Source: Octopus bimaculoides
Taxonomy: Eukaryota
Direction of reading: 5' to 3'
Length of the DNA stretch: 34,170 nucleotides
Assembly (NCBI RefSeq): GCF_001194135.2
Contig: NC_068993.1
Span: forward strand, 60,791,835 to 60,826,004
A program made the position numbers and the translations under genes. Of this stretch, positions 23,890-34,170 are shown piece after piece. Under the pieces are notes generated by a model. It searched no databases. It saw only the letters and a list, made by a program, of their open reading frames with translations, and had not been told where the DNA came from. Each line of letters starts with the position of its first letter. Position 1 is the stretch's first letter.

Positions 23890-24884
23890 GATGGTAAGGT
23901 AGTCTGTGCGATTAAACATTTGTTACTCGTATTCGTAATGAAACTGAAAGCGTTAACTTCCGTGTAGCATTCTAGCATTGGACATTAAGTTGAGACATTC
24001 CGTTGGGAGTAGGGCATAATGTGTTCTACAATCAAGTTATTAGGATTGTAAATGAGGTTGGTATAATTTTGGAAATTTATGATTTGATGATATATATATG
24101 GGAAAAGAATTTATCGTTAGGTAGTTGTTAAGTGAAAATTTTGATTGTTGCTTGGAAAGAGATCCTGAAATTTTGAGAGAACTTAGCATAATTTCTAATT
24201 CATATCCTAATCTGAAACTTCAGAATAAGTTTCAATTAGCAGTGTTACACTTTTGCAGTTTATGGTTAGATTATCATATATTATTGTGTACAACGTCACG
24301 TTTGTTAGAGAGTAATTTTTGGTCTTCCGCTTGTGGAGCAGCCGTTAAAAAATAAATCGTTGCTTTCCTCGTTGCAAGTGGATGCTGTGTTGTTTACATC
24401 GTGAACAATTTTGTTATGGTTGATTGGTTTCAACAAATTTTATGTGTTACTTATATATTTTCTGGTTCATTTAAGTGGAAATACTGGCTTCCATATATTT
24501 TCTATGATTAATGCATATATTTGATAGATATAGATCTACATAGATTTATTCGTTTATTTAGAGGTGATTTATACCTGGCAATCAACGAGATACGTTATTC
24601 TACTGGTTACGTTTAGCTAGTTTAAATTATGCTTTTGTGTTTTAATTATCTTTCATAGGTCGTTAATTAAGAATGTTTATTGGTTAATGTTCTTTAATTA
24701 ATATAGATTAATGTTTACGGTTCTACTGATAATTCGTTCGGTTATTAATATTTTCCGTTTTATGTGTTTGCAAAGCTTTAGTGTTCTGTAGTTTTTTTTA
24801 CGTTCCATTGATCTTTGGGTGGCAACACCCGTTATGATTATATTCCTTTGTTTTTATATACTTTATTATCTAATTTCTATCCTT

Positions 24885-24994
24885 CGAGGTCGACTATGCC
24901 TTTCATCCTTTCGGGGTCGATAAAATAAGTACCAGTTATGCACTGGGGTCGATGGAAATATAAGGCCTCGTGCCTATAGTAGAAAGGATTATTA
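24885..24994 (+). mobile_element. SINE family C, 5-prime truncated
   Basis: CGAGGTCGACTATGCCTTTCATCCTTTCGGGGTCGATAAAATAAGTACCAG...GTGCCTATAGTAGAAAGGATTATTA; matches the reverse complement of 29145-29270. Confidence 0.9.
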
Positions 24995-26025
24995 AATTTC
25001 TATGCTTCGTAGTAGTGCATATGTGACGATTTATGTTTGAGATTTAGCGTTTGTATTCGTGTTTGGTAACGATAAGCAAGTGAAGATAATAAGCACATTG
25101 TGCTTATGTTCGGATTATCTGTCTTGGTTTTTAAATCCGATGCAGTCTTTATATTTTATACTGTTGGCACTGTTGGATTGAACTATGCATCCTAGGCACC
25201 GAAACCATAATGATATTCGTTAGGAAGCTGATGATGAGGTCTATACGTTTGATGTGCGTCTTTATTTTTATGTGTTGTTGACTTCGAATCTTTTGTATCT
25301 TATGCTCATATTGTTTAGGAGTTTATAGTTTAAAGAGATTTAGTTGTGCATATATGTGTTGGGGTGCACGCACGCACGCACGCACGCGCACACACGCACA
25401 CACACACACACACACATGGAAATGCATAACGTTTCTTTATAAAATTTATCGAAGACTGCTTGTTTTGTATCGCTAATTATTTATCTTCCTTGGTGTAATC
25501 ACAGACCACAATCCTTTTTCTAAATATCTATTCTGAATGGATGGCAAGATACCAACAAACTCTTTCTTAATATATCGTGTCTACGATAATTGAGCAATAC
25601 TTTGTGCATTGTAGATGTTAAAGTTAGTGCTGAAGCCAAACGCATGTTATTTTAGCCTGACACGGAGCCTCTAGGCTGTTATTCGTCCTTTTCAGAAATG
25701 GATGCTTCATATACCCAAAGTCTTTCATAGGAAAGGACACATTAAATAATGCATTCTTTAATCTTATGAAAGGAAATTAGGTAATGAATTGTGATTAGGG
25801 GATGACTTTAATTTCAGTGGTAATCGTACTTATATGGTGGTATCTGGCAGTATAAACAATTTAAAAAGGAAATGAATACCCTATGAAACGGATTGGAAAG
25901 ACCATCGCCAGAGCGCCAATGATCATAGGTTTGGTTGATCAAAGATGAACGGAGTTGAAATAGCAACACCAGCTCTGTTGCTCGTCGCTGCAAGGGATTG
26001 TCTTATATTGTAATATCTATTTTAC

Positions 26026-26284
26026 CAGTCAGTGAAGGAACTTCTACTTGTTCACTCGACATGTTAGAAATAACAGCCGGCTCTCCAGCCTTCAACAGCA
26101 CACTCTCCTCAACAGTCAGCTCTCCTCACTGGACAGAGAAGTAAAGAGACATTTTTTGACTCATGCTCAACATCAGAGAAATTGGAAAATTGCGCGTGGA
26201 GATCGTGAACTCGCCTTTAAGGGTTATAGAATTCTATCGGAGTTAGAAAGAATATTTTCAGGGACTTTAGTTCATGCGAAAGGT
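26026..26284. other. Exon-like island (two overlapping, opposite-strand exon models)
   Basis: Minus: polypyrimidine acceptor before 26128, AAC-ATG at 26062, MSSEQVEVPSLT, donor GTAAAA after 26026. Plus: stop-free frame 26036-26284 ending in-frame at a GTAAGT donor. Confidence 0.2.
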
Positions 26285-26422
26285 GTAAGTTTGTGAGTTT
26301 ATGAGCATATATGTACTCGTACGTGCATGTGTTCATGTGTATGTTTGTGTATAAATCAATGTATATATCTTCAGCCATAAAATGTGATTAATGTACGTAT
26401 ATTCGTGTGCGTATATGTAAAC

Positions 26423-26467
<45 letters not shown>

Positions 26468-27144
26468 TTTGTATACTAAAACATCACTGATATGTATACA
26501 AGTTGTGATTGATTTTATGGATGCATGCGCCTATGTGTGTAAGTGTATATATGCGCATGCAGCTTTGTATAGACGTGAATGTACGTAGGCAAGTATATGT
26601 ACATAATTATTTGTGTGCGGAGGTATAGTTATGTATAGATATTTATATATATGTGCGCGTGTGTGTGTGTGTGTATGTGCAAAACGTATGTGAGCCTGTC
26701 TGTGTATGTTGGCTGTATTTAAGAAGGTAGTCATGTGATGCTTGACGTAAGAGTTATACGTAGCTGGCTGCTTCATGTGGTAATAATATTTTGCACAGTA
26801 GCGATACAATTAAGCACTGTATTTGAGTGACTAGTTAGCTGTGAGCGGCATAAAGTATTGCTGTTGCACCAATTAAAAAAGTGGCGAGCACATAAACTGT
26901 ATACGTGACAACGGAATCTATATAGCTAATTATTCATCGCTGCACACTTGCCGTGCGGTCGTTTGCAATCAATGACAGTTTTGCTGCATTTGTCACTGAC
27001 AATGTTACTGAAACTGCATCGTTATATTACATCGTTTTCTGCCGTACTGATTGCAAAATCTGCAGAATACAGGTAATTTCTTTAAATAGGCGAGAGCTAG
27101 GGAAATAAATGCCTGAATTGCTGTGTTGGTTGGCTGAAGAAATA

Positions 27145-27330
27145 GATGGATGGATGGATGGGTAAGTAGAATTGCGGTGGGTGGTTGGCTGGCTGGCTGG
27201 TTGGTTGGCTGGTTGGTTGGTTGGACGGATATATGGATGGATGAATATAGAGATGACTGTATGATCTGGTGGATGGACGGATGGATGGATGGACGGACGG
27301 ACGGACGGACGGACGGACGGACGGACGGAC
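27145..27330. repeat. (GGAT)/(GGCT)/(GGTT)/(GGAC) tetranucleotide mosaic
   Basis: Direct reading. Confidence 0.9.
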
Positions 27331-28163
27331 TAGACTGCTCGGCTGATTGGCTGACTACGGAGATACCCAACTGACTGGCTGGCTGAAGAGATAGATGGAT
27401 GGATGGATTTTATTCCAAGTTAAGAGAACCTTCGTAAACTTAACACAGATTACATGTTCTTTTGGTCATACACTATTTCTTCATTTTTCCTTCATTTTCT
27501 CTTTCCTTCTTCTCCTCTTTCTTTTTTTTTCCTTTTTACTCTCCATTATAACCAGCGAACTGAGACCCAGGATAGTTTAGACGCACGCCCTCATTAACCC
27601 GATTGTTAGACTGGGAAATCGAAAGCTAACCCTTTACCAATACTGTCGCAACTCTCACTACCACCACCACCACCACCACCACCACCTACAACGACAAATA
27701 AAACAAAGGAGCCAACAGAAAGAGTGAACAGTAACTAAGAGCCGAGGTGACGGTGATTGGTCTCTGGTGGGTCAGAAACCTCTAAATGAAGTCTTCACAT
27801 TCTCCTCTTTCTTTACCATCTTCCTTCGTTTTCTTTTAAGGCTACGTGTATGTGTCTGTGTGTTTGGTCACCAAGGTTTCAAGTACAAGTAGAAATGGCG
27901 CCTCTTAAATAATTTAATGTTCAAACCAGGGGAGTTATGAGAGCGGAGAAAATCAGCATCGTGACAAGGAATTCTAGTTTATCTTTTATTAATATCTGTA
28001 AATGCTCGTTTATTGTGATAAAGCCGCTTGAAAAGTGTCATATAATGACATATAATAGCTGCACTTCATCGTACGTCCCACTCTCTCTCCTCCCCTCCAT
28101 TCCTTTGCTATCTTCATCACTTGACTCTCTTTTCCTTTCTTTATCTGCCTCTATCTCTCTCTT

Positions 28164-28207
<44 letters not shown>

Positions 28208-28998
28208 NNNNNNNNNNNNNNNNNNNNNNNNNNNNNNNNNNNNNNNNNNNNNNNNNNNNNNNNNNNNNNNNNNNNNNNNNNNNNNNNNNNNNNNNNNNNN
28301 NNNNNNNNNNNNNNNNNNNNNNNNNNNNNNNNNNNNNNNNNNNNNNNNNNNNNNNNNNNNNNNNNNNNNNNNNNNNNNNNNNNNNNNNNNNNNNNNNNNN
28401 NNNNNNNNNNNNNNNNNNNNNNNNNNNNNNNNNNNNNNNNNNNNNNNNNNNNNNNNNNNNNNNNNNNNNNNNNNNNNNNNNNNNNNNNNNNNNNNNNNNN
28501 NNNNNNNNNNNNNNNNNNNNNNNNNNNNNNNNNNNNNNNNNNNNNNNNNNNNNNNNNNNNNNNNNNNNNNNNNNNNNNNNNNNNNNNNNNNNNNNNNNNN
28601 NNNNNNNNNNNNNNNNNNNNNNNNNNNNNNNNNNNNNNNNNNNNNNNNNNNNNNNNNNNNNNNNNNNNNNNNNNNNNNNNNNNNNNNNNNNNNNNNNNNN
28701 NNNNNNNNNNNNNNNNNNNNNNNNNNNNNNNNNNNNNNNNNNNNNNNNNNNNNNNNNNNNNNNNNNNNNNNNNNNNNNNNNNNNNNNNNNNNNNNNNNNN
28801 NNNNNNNNNNNNNNNNNNNNNNNNNNNNNNNNNNNNNNNNNNNNNNNNNNNNNNNNNNNNNNNNNNNNNNNNNNNNNNNNNNNNNNNNNNNNNNNNNNNN
28901 NNNNNNNNNNNNNNNNNNNNNNNNNNNNNNNNNNNNNATAATTGGGTCCGATATGGGAACGAGCATAGGGAAATCATTAAAAAGGACGTTGGCCTAAT

Positions 28999-29002
<4 letters not shown>

Positions 29003-29052
<50 letters not shown>
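29003..29052. repeat. (GATA)n microsatellite
   Basis: Direct reading. Confidence 0.95.
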
Positions 29053-29144
29053 TTAATAGGTATAGGTGTATGTACATATATATATATATATATAAATGAG
29101 ATTCACTACAGCTGTTTCAGACGTGTTTTTAGTAATAACAATAC

Positions 29145-29355
29145 CATCTACTAAAGGCATACGGCCTGAAATTTCGGAGAAGGGGATTAGTCGATTACAT
29201 CGACTCCAGTGTTTCACTGGTACTTAGTTTATCGACCCCGAAAGGATGAAAGGCAAAGTCGACCTTGGCAGAATTTGAACTCAGAACACGAAGACAAATG
29301 AAATACTGCTAAGTATTTCGCCTGCCGTGCTAACGATTCTGCCAGCTCGCTTCCT
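29145..29355 (-). mobile_element. SINE family C, full length, tRNA-derived
   Basis: Reverse complement starts GGAAGCGAGCTGGCAGAATCGTTAG (A-box-like), has GAGTTCAAATTC (B-box-like), then GGTCGACTTTGCCTTTCATCCTTTCGGGGTCGATAAAC; 5-prime end abuts a TAA/TTA array. Confidence 0.92.
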
Positions 29356-29373
29356 TAATAATAATAATAATGA

Positions 29374-29620
29374 TGGCTACATCCAAAATGCTACCTAAAA
29401 GACTGAAAGACGCTGGAATTGAAACTCGCTCTGTTGACCTTCAGGATAAGTACCCTCCTGTATTTTGCAAGAATCCTAAGAAAACTTCTTGACAGATACA
29501 TTACTCCTGGAAAGTAAAAAATGTTGGGATGGTCACTAGTTGTAAAGGACTTGAGCATGGGTTACTGGGACAGGAATAACCTGGAGTTGAACAATAACAA
29601 CAATCACAACAACTAATTTT
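29374..29620 (+). mobile_element. Second, more decayed R4/Dong-type 3-prime fragment between (TAA)n and (CAA)n-like tracts
   Basis: LPKRLKDAGIETRSVDLQ (frameshift) TLLYFARILRKLLD corresponds to the ...LQKxxLLxTARILRxVL terminus seen at 16716-16790. Confidence 0.6.
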
Positions 29621-29641
29621 TGCTGTTGTTTGCCCCTAGGT

Positions 29642-29683
29642 TAACCCTAACCCTAACCCTAACCCTAACCCTAACCCTAACCC
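29642..29683 (-). repeat. Interstitial telomeric-type array (TAACCC)7 = (TTAGGG)n on the minus strand
   Basis: Seven perfect TAACCC units; TTAGGG is the established telomere repeat of molluscs and many other animals. Confidence 0.9.
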
Positions 29684-29699
29684 CATCCATCAGAACTGT

Positions 29700-29810
29700 T
29701 TCCTTGTTGCAAACAGTACATCGTCCAGTACAGCTTCCTTCGATATTTAAGGTGGCAGAACGTGATTTGATGGGTACAATGGCTGCTATTTCTACCAGAT
29801 CTAGCACTGA
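29700..29810 (+). mobile_element. Third copy of dispersed repeat family D
   Basis: CAGTACATCGTCCAGT...GTGATTTGATGGG...ATGGCTGCTATTTCTACCAGATCTAGC. Confidence 0.5.
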
Positions 29811-30336
29811 ATAGTGGATCGCTCACTGATTGTAGTAGTAGTAGTAGTTGTAGTAGTAGAAGGGAGGGAGGGAAGGAGGAGGAGGAGGANNNNNNNNNNN
29901 NNNNNNNNNNNNNNNNNNNNNNNNNNNNNNNNNNNNNNNNNNNNNNNNNNNNNNNNNNNNNNNNNNNNNNNNNNNNNNNNNNNNNNNNNNNNNNNNNNNN
30001 NNNNNNNNNNNNNNNNNNNNNNNNNNNNNNNNNNNNNNNNNNNNNNNNNNNNNNNNNNNNNNNNNNNNNNNNNNNNNNNNNNNNNNNNNNNNNNNNNNNN
30101 NNNNNNNNNNNNNNNNNNNNNNNNNNNNNNNNNNNNNNNNNNNNNNNNNNNNNNNNNNNNNNNNNNNNNNNNNNNNNNNNNNNNNNNNNNNNNNNNNNNN
30201 NNNNNNNNNNNNNNNNNNNNNNNNNNNNNNNNNNNNNNNNNNNNNNNNNNNNNNNNNNNNNNNNNNNNNNNNNNNNNNNNNNNNNNNNNNNNNNNNNNNN
30301 NNNNNNNNNNNNNGAAAGCAGAGACATTAAGAAAAT

Positions 30337-30337
<1 letters not shown>

Positions 30338-30377
<40 letters not shown>

Positions 30378-30393
30378 ATAGTAGCAGCAGTAA

Positions 30394-30453
<60 letters not shown>

Positions 30454-30530
30454 CAGTAGTAGTAGTAGTAGTAGTAGTAGTAGAGATGGTGGTGGTAGAA
30501 GAAGAAGAAGAAGAAGAAGAAGAAGGAGTG
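30338..30530. repeat. (TAG)/(CAG)/(GAA) trinucleotide mosaic
   Basis: Direct reading. Confidence 0.95.
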
Positions 30531-30685
30531 AGAAAGAAGAAGGCGGAAGGGGAGGAGAGGAGGAGAGAAGTAAGAGAAGAACAACGATGACGGCGGCAAG
30601 AGGAAGACGTGAACAGAAAGAAAGAGCAAAAGAGGAGGTAGACATGTGAAAGAAGGGTGGAGGAAAGACTGAGTGGAAGTGAGAG

Positions 30686-30716
<31 letters not shown>

Positions 30717-31024
30717 AGGAGAAAGGGAGAAGGTGAAAGATGGAGAAAGGAAAGATGAAGACGAAAGATGTCAACAACAACGATGAAGAAAAGCCAAAGG
30801 TGTTGGAGGTCGAGTTTGTTAACCTCTGCATTTCAGTTTTACTTCGATGCTTCTTGTTGTTTTGGGTTTTAGTTTGTGTTTATAAATCATAGGTGGGGAG
30901 GGCATTCCTATCACCACTTCCACTTCGACTACCACCCACCCTCCCCTCCGTTTTAGAAGTCAACTAACCACCACCACACACACACACACACATATGCACG
31001 CACGCATTCTTTCTTGTCTTTCAG

Positions 31025-31136
31025 CGGCGTCGTCAATTCCACCAGCGCCGTCACCGTCACCATCGCAAAGCGGCACCAGCGAACCACCACCACCGCCGCC
31101 GCCGTCACAATCATCATCATCATCACCACCACCACC

Positions 31137-31168
<32 letters not shown>

Positions 31169-31170
31169 AA
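31025..31170. repeat. CpG-rich trinucleotide mosaic (CGT/CAC/CGC/CAT/CAA) behind a strong splice-acceptor-like site
   Basis: TTCTTTCTTGTCTTTCAG ends at 31024; all three frames give low-complexity peptides. Confidence 0.7.
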
Positions 31171-31871
31171 GCGATGACGTAACCGCTCCCGCCACCTCTT
31201 TACAAAGTTACCAGCAGCCGCAACACCACTTCCAACGTCGCTTTCATCCCTGAGCCAAGTCATCTATCCATCCATCGNNNNNNNNNNNNNNNNNNNNNNN
31301 NNNNNNNNNNNNNNNNNNNNNNNNNNNNNNNNNNNNNNNNNNNNNNNNNNNNNNNNNNNNNNNNNNNNNNNNNNNNNNNNNNNNNNNNNNNNNNNNNNNN
31401 NNNNNNNNNNNNNNNNNNNNNNNNNNNNNNNNNNNNNNNNNNNNNNNNNNNNNNNNNNNNNNNNNNNNNNNNNNNNNNNNNNNNNNNNNNNNNNNNNNNN
31501 NNNNNNNNNNNNNNNNNNNNNNNNNNNNNNNNNNNNNNNNNNNNNNNNNNNNNNNNNNNNNNNNNNNNNNNNNNNNNNNNNNNNNNNNNNNNNNNNNNNN
31601 NNNNNNNNNNNNNNNNNNNNNNNNNAGCTTACCCTCTTCAACATACACACACACACACACACACGCACGCACACACAAACACACACATACACGCACAAAT
31701 ACACACATACACACACTCACATGCACACACACACTCACACATGCAAACACAGTGGTACTCCTATGCACAAACACACTGACGCACAGATTACATCCACACA
31801 CAAACGCACGGACATAATTTCCTACACACGCAATATCCCTCGCACGTTGTTTTGTGTTTTTGTTTCTCGTT

Positions 31872-31930
31872 TTATCGTTTGTTTGTTTGTTTGTTTGTTT
31901 GTTTGTTTGTTTGTTTGTTTGTTTGTTTGT
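31872..31930. repeat. (GTTT)n microsatellite
   Basis: Direct reading. Confidence 0.97.
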
Positions 31931-32073
31931 TAGATAATGTTGATGCAACTTCGTGAGTTCCTCCTCGATCTCTGGCGATGTGTTGTGTCGTTAAGAATAA
32001 CAAGGAATAATGGTTTCCAGTTTCGATTTTCGCTTGTGGCTGTTCTTACTGAGATTTGCTTGCGAAATTACTT

Positions 32074-32093
32074 TACACACACACACACACACA

Positions 32094-32178
<85 letters not shown>

Positions 32179-32190
32179 GCACACACGCAC
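32074..32190. repeat. Long (CA)n microsatellite
   Basis: Direct reading. Confidence 0.98.
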
Positions 32191-32374
32191 ACGCTAATAT
32201 GTATGTAGATGTATAAATATATCTGCGAAGTTACTCCACACAGACGTCTTCTTACACTCTCACACACACATCTATATGTATGTATGTTTGTACGTATGCA
32301 TATATGTGTGTATGTGTGTGTGTGTTTGTGTATGTATGTATACCTTATATATATATGCACATATCTGTGCGTGC

Positions 32375-32409
<35 letters not shown>

Positions 32410-32994
32410 GAATGCAATGCCACCCTTCCCACCACCACCATCACCAACCAAACATTTTCCCCACTACGACATCCTCCTCCGTTTCTTTAAGAATTGTCGA
32501 GAACGTAAAAGGTGTTGCGCATTTAATATCGTCCAGTGCATTTCCGCCATTTTGAAATGGTAAGCAAACTCCACTAAATCAAATATTACTTGTCGCCAGA
32601 TCCTCATTAATTTGTGAAACATGTCTTGAATTGCTCCTCTCACTTAATTTCTTGTTATGCTTAGCAAAAATCAGTCTTATACTGTGTCTTCCAAAAGCTT
32701 TTCTTATTAAAATTAATATATTTAAAGGTAAAGTTTGAAGGCCTGCCTTCTTGCACCTTTGCATCTAACTTTCAGTATTTACATCAACCTAGAAAGAGCA
32801 ACGAAAAAGTAATCCATTGTATTATGCTCTTCCTTATTACAAAATAGTATTACATCAATAAAAATGATTCACAGAGTTTTAGTGTGCCGTCCTGGCTCTT
32901 GGTGACGCCTCTCTCCGGGATCATCAAATTACGCTCAGTAAATTGGACAGGTATTTTAAAAGTAGCAATCATACATCAGCCATCAGTTTGGGAT

Positions 32995-33270
32995 ACCACT
33001 CATATTTAGGTTTACCCCACCAATGTTAGATCTACCACCCAATGAGAGATATGGTATCCGATGTTACATATACCAATCAGTGATAGGTTCACGAATTAAT
33101 ATTTGATTTGCCACTCAAAGTTATCTATCGCCACCTCATCTTAAATTACCCACCTGACATTCTCTCAGCTTTACCGCTCAATGTAAGATTTATCGGCTCG
33201 TGTTAGACTCCTGTATATTACCTATAGTTAGATATACAACCAAACGTAGGTATACCATCCATAGTAAGCT
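32995..33270. repeat. Degenerate about 20-bp minisatellite (consensus near TACCACTCAATGTTAGATT)
   Basis: Units such as taccactcatatttaggtt, taccccaccaatgttagatc, taccacccaatgagagata, taccaatcagtgataggtt, taccgctcaatgtaagatt. Confidence 0.45.
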
Positions 33271-33859
33271 AATAAATAACCACTGTTAATAGCGAGCGAA
33301 ACAATAGTAAAATCTTAAAAACCAATAAAGCGTATAGCAAAAACATGGCAGACGGAAATTATTTCGAAGATAAATTTTTATGCAGAATAACAAGAAGTAA
33401 CCATCTTACTTTTCTTTATATTTAATGTATTTTTATGATAAATCTTATGATGGGTCATAAAAATCTCATAATTTCAATTTTAATAATGAATGCAAATAAT
33501 TGACTATTAGGTAGGAAAGAGATTTTCGATAATAATATTAATTTCAATATTAGTTTCGTGCACGTGATCGCTACTGTCACAAAAACTCTGGCTCTTATTA
33601 TAGACCAATATCATCGCTTACGTTGCAATTTCGAATCACATGTTTTACTTCTTTATTTGCGATTAATTTCATGATTCTATGTTCCACTACTTAAAGTTAG
33701 GATTCTGTCACAGACAAAGCAAGTATCTAGTCGGGGAGGCCAAATCTAAGCCTGGAAGCTTGCCCTGGAAGCTTTGGGTTTTTTTTTTCTTCATAGCGTT
33801 TGATGTGCTTCTCTCCACTGTATCTTTAATCTCCCTTCTACAAAGAAACTAAGAACGTG

Positions 33860-34060
33860 AACGGACGGTAAAGATGTCTTGCTCTTCTTCCAGTTGGTCA
33901 TCACTTGGGTTTTGAACCAGGTGTTGTCCATGGTTTCACTGACCTTAGAAAATCTTATGGAGTAGACGCAAGCTAAGCACACGCACTACATGTCCGAGCA
34001 ATTTCCTTTAGGATATAAACACTGTGCATTCAGTACCGTTAGTTTTGACTGCAAGGAGCA
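33860..34060 (-). mobile_element. Decayed RTE-clade LINE C-terminal fragment
   Basis: Reverse strand from 34004 reads KLLGHVVRVLSLRLLHKIF*GQ*NHG, matching the RTE motif RWxGHVxRMxxxRLPKxxFYGxLxxG with in-frame stops. Confidence 0.55.
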
Positions 34061-34170
34061 TATAAGTAGCAGACGAAATTATCCAACGGCTGTGGTGCAA
34101 TTGCTAAATCTAGATTTCTGCTTCTTTAAGCATCATCGTATCAAGTATCCACAAATAAAAGCATACATAT

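Noticed and set aside
26926-27075. Two open frames ending at an ACAG|GTAATT donor, one signal-peptide-like (MLLKLHRYITSFSAVLIAKSAEY)
   Set aside because: Short, no clear acceptor or promoter, and no recognisable homology.
32493-32555. IVENVKG resembling C5-methyltransferase motif VI, next to a YY1-like CCGCCATTTTG and an ATG|GTAAGC donor
   Set aside because: The frame stops after 20 codons, no other methyltransferase motifs are present, and the short motifs are compatible with chance.
32875-32950. Cadherin-like words (SGIIKL, ITLSKLDR) before a CAG|GTATTT donor
   Set aside because: The two words are in different frames, the acceptor is weak, and there are no DxD/LDRE/DxNDN motifs.
32995-33270. 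CRISPR-like array
   Set aside because: Eukaryotic context, no constant repeat with unique spacers, and no cas genes.

Overview
Eukaryotic, AT-rich, extremely microsatellite-dense window with about 3.7 kb (about 11%) of N gaps in 11 runs. The tRNA-derived SINE families, repeat spectrum and (TTAGGG)n motif are most consistent with a coleoid cephalopod (octopus-type) short-read assembly; this rests on my recollection of those repeats, not on a search. No complete protein-coding gene is supportable. Nearly all long ORFs in the track are artefacts of di/tri/tetranucleotide repeats or N runs. The supportable content is: several tRNA-derived SINE copies (three families plus one unclassified dispersed repeat); decayed LINE fragments (two R4/Dong-type REL C-termini next to TAA/CAA arrays, two CR1/L2-type, two RTE-type); one clear long-TIR MITE; a minisatellite with a higher-order period; and a 7-copy interstitial telomeric array. 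The best leads are a 24-bp fully paired hairpin (only Watson-Crick and G-U pairs) of pre-miRNA size at 11331-11388, an isolated exon-like frame carrying the integrin-alpha KxGFFKR motif at 23731-23889, and a perfect RFX X-box next to an NF-Y Y-box at 5578-5626. I see no evidence of a new multi-gene system; all leads need expression data or homology searches.
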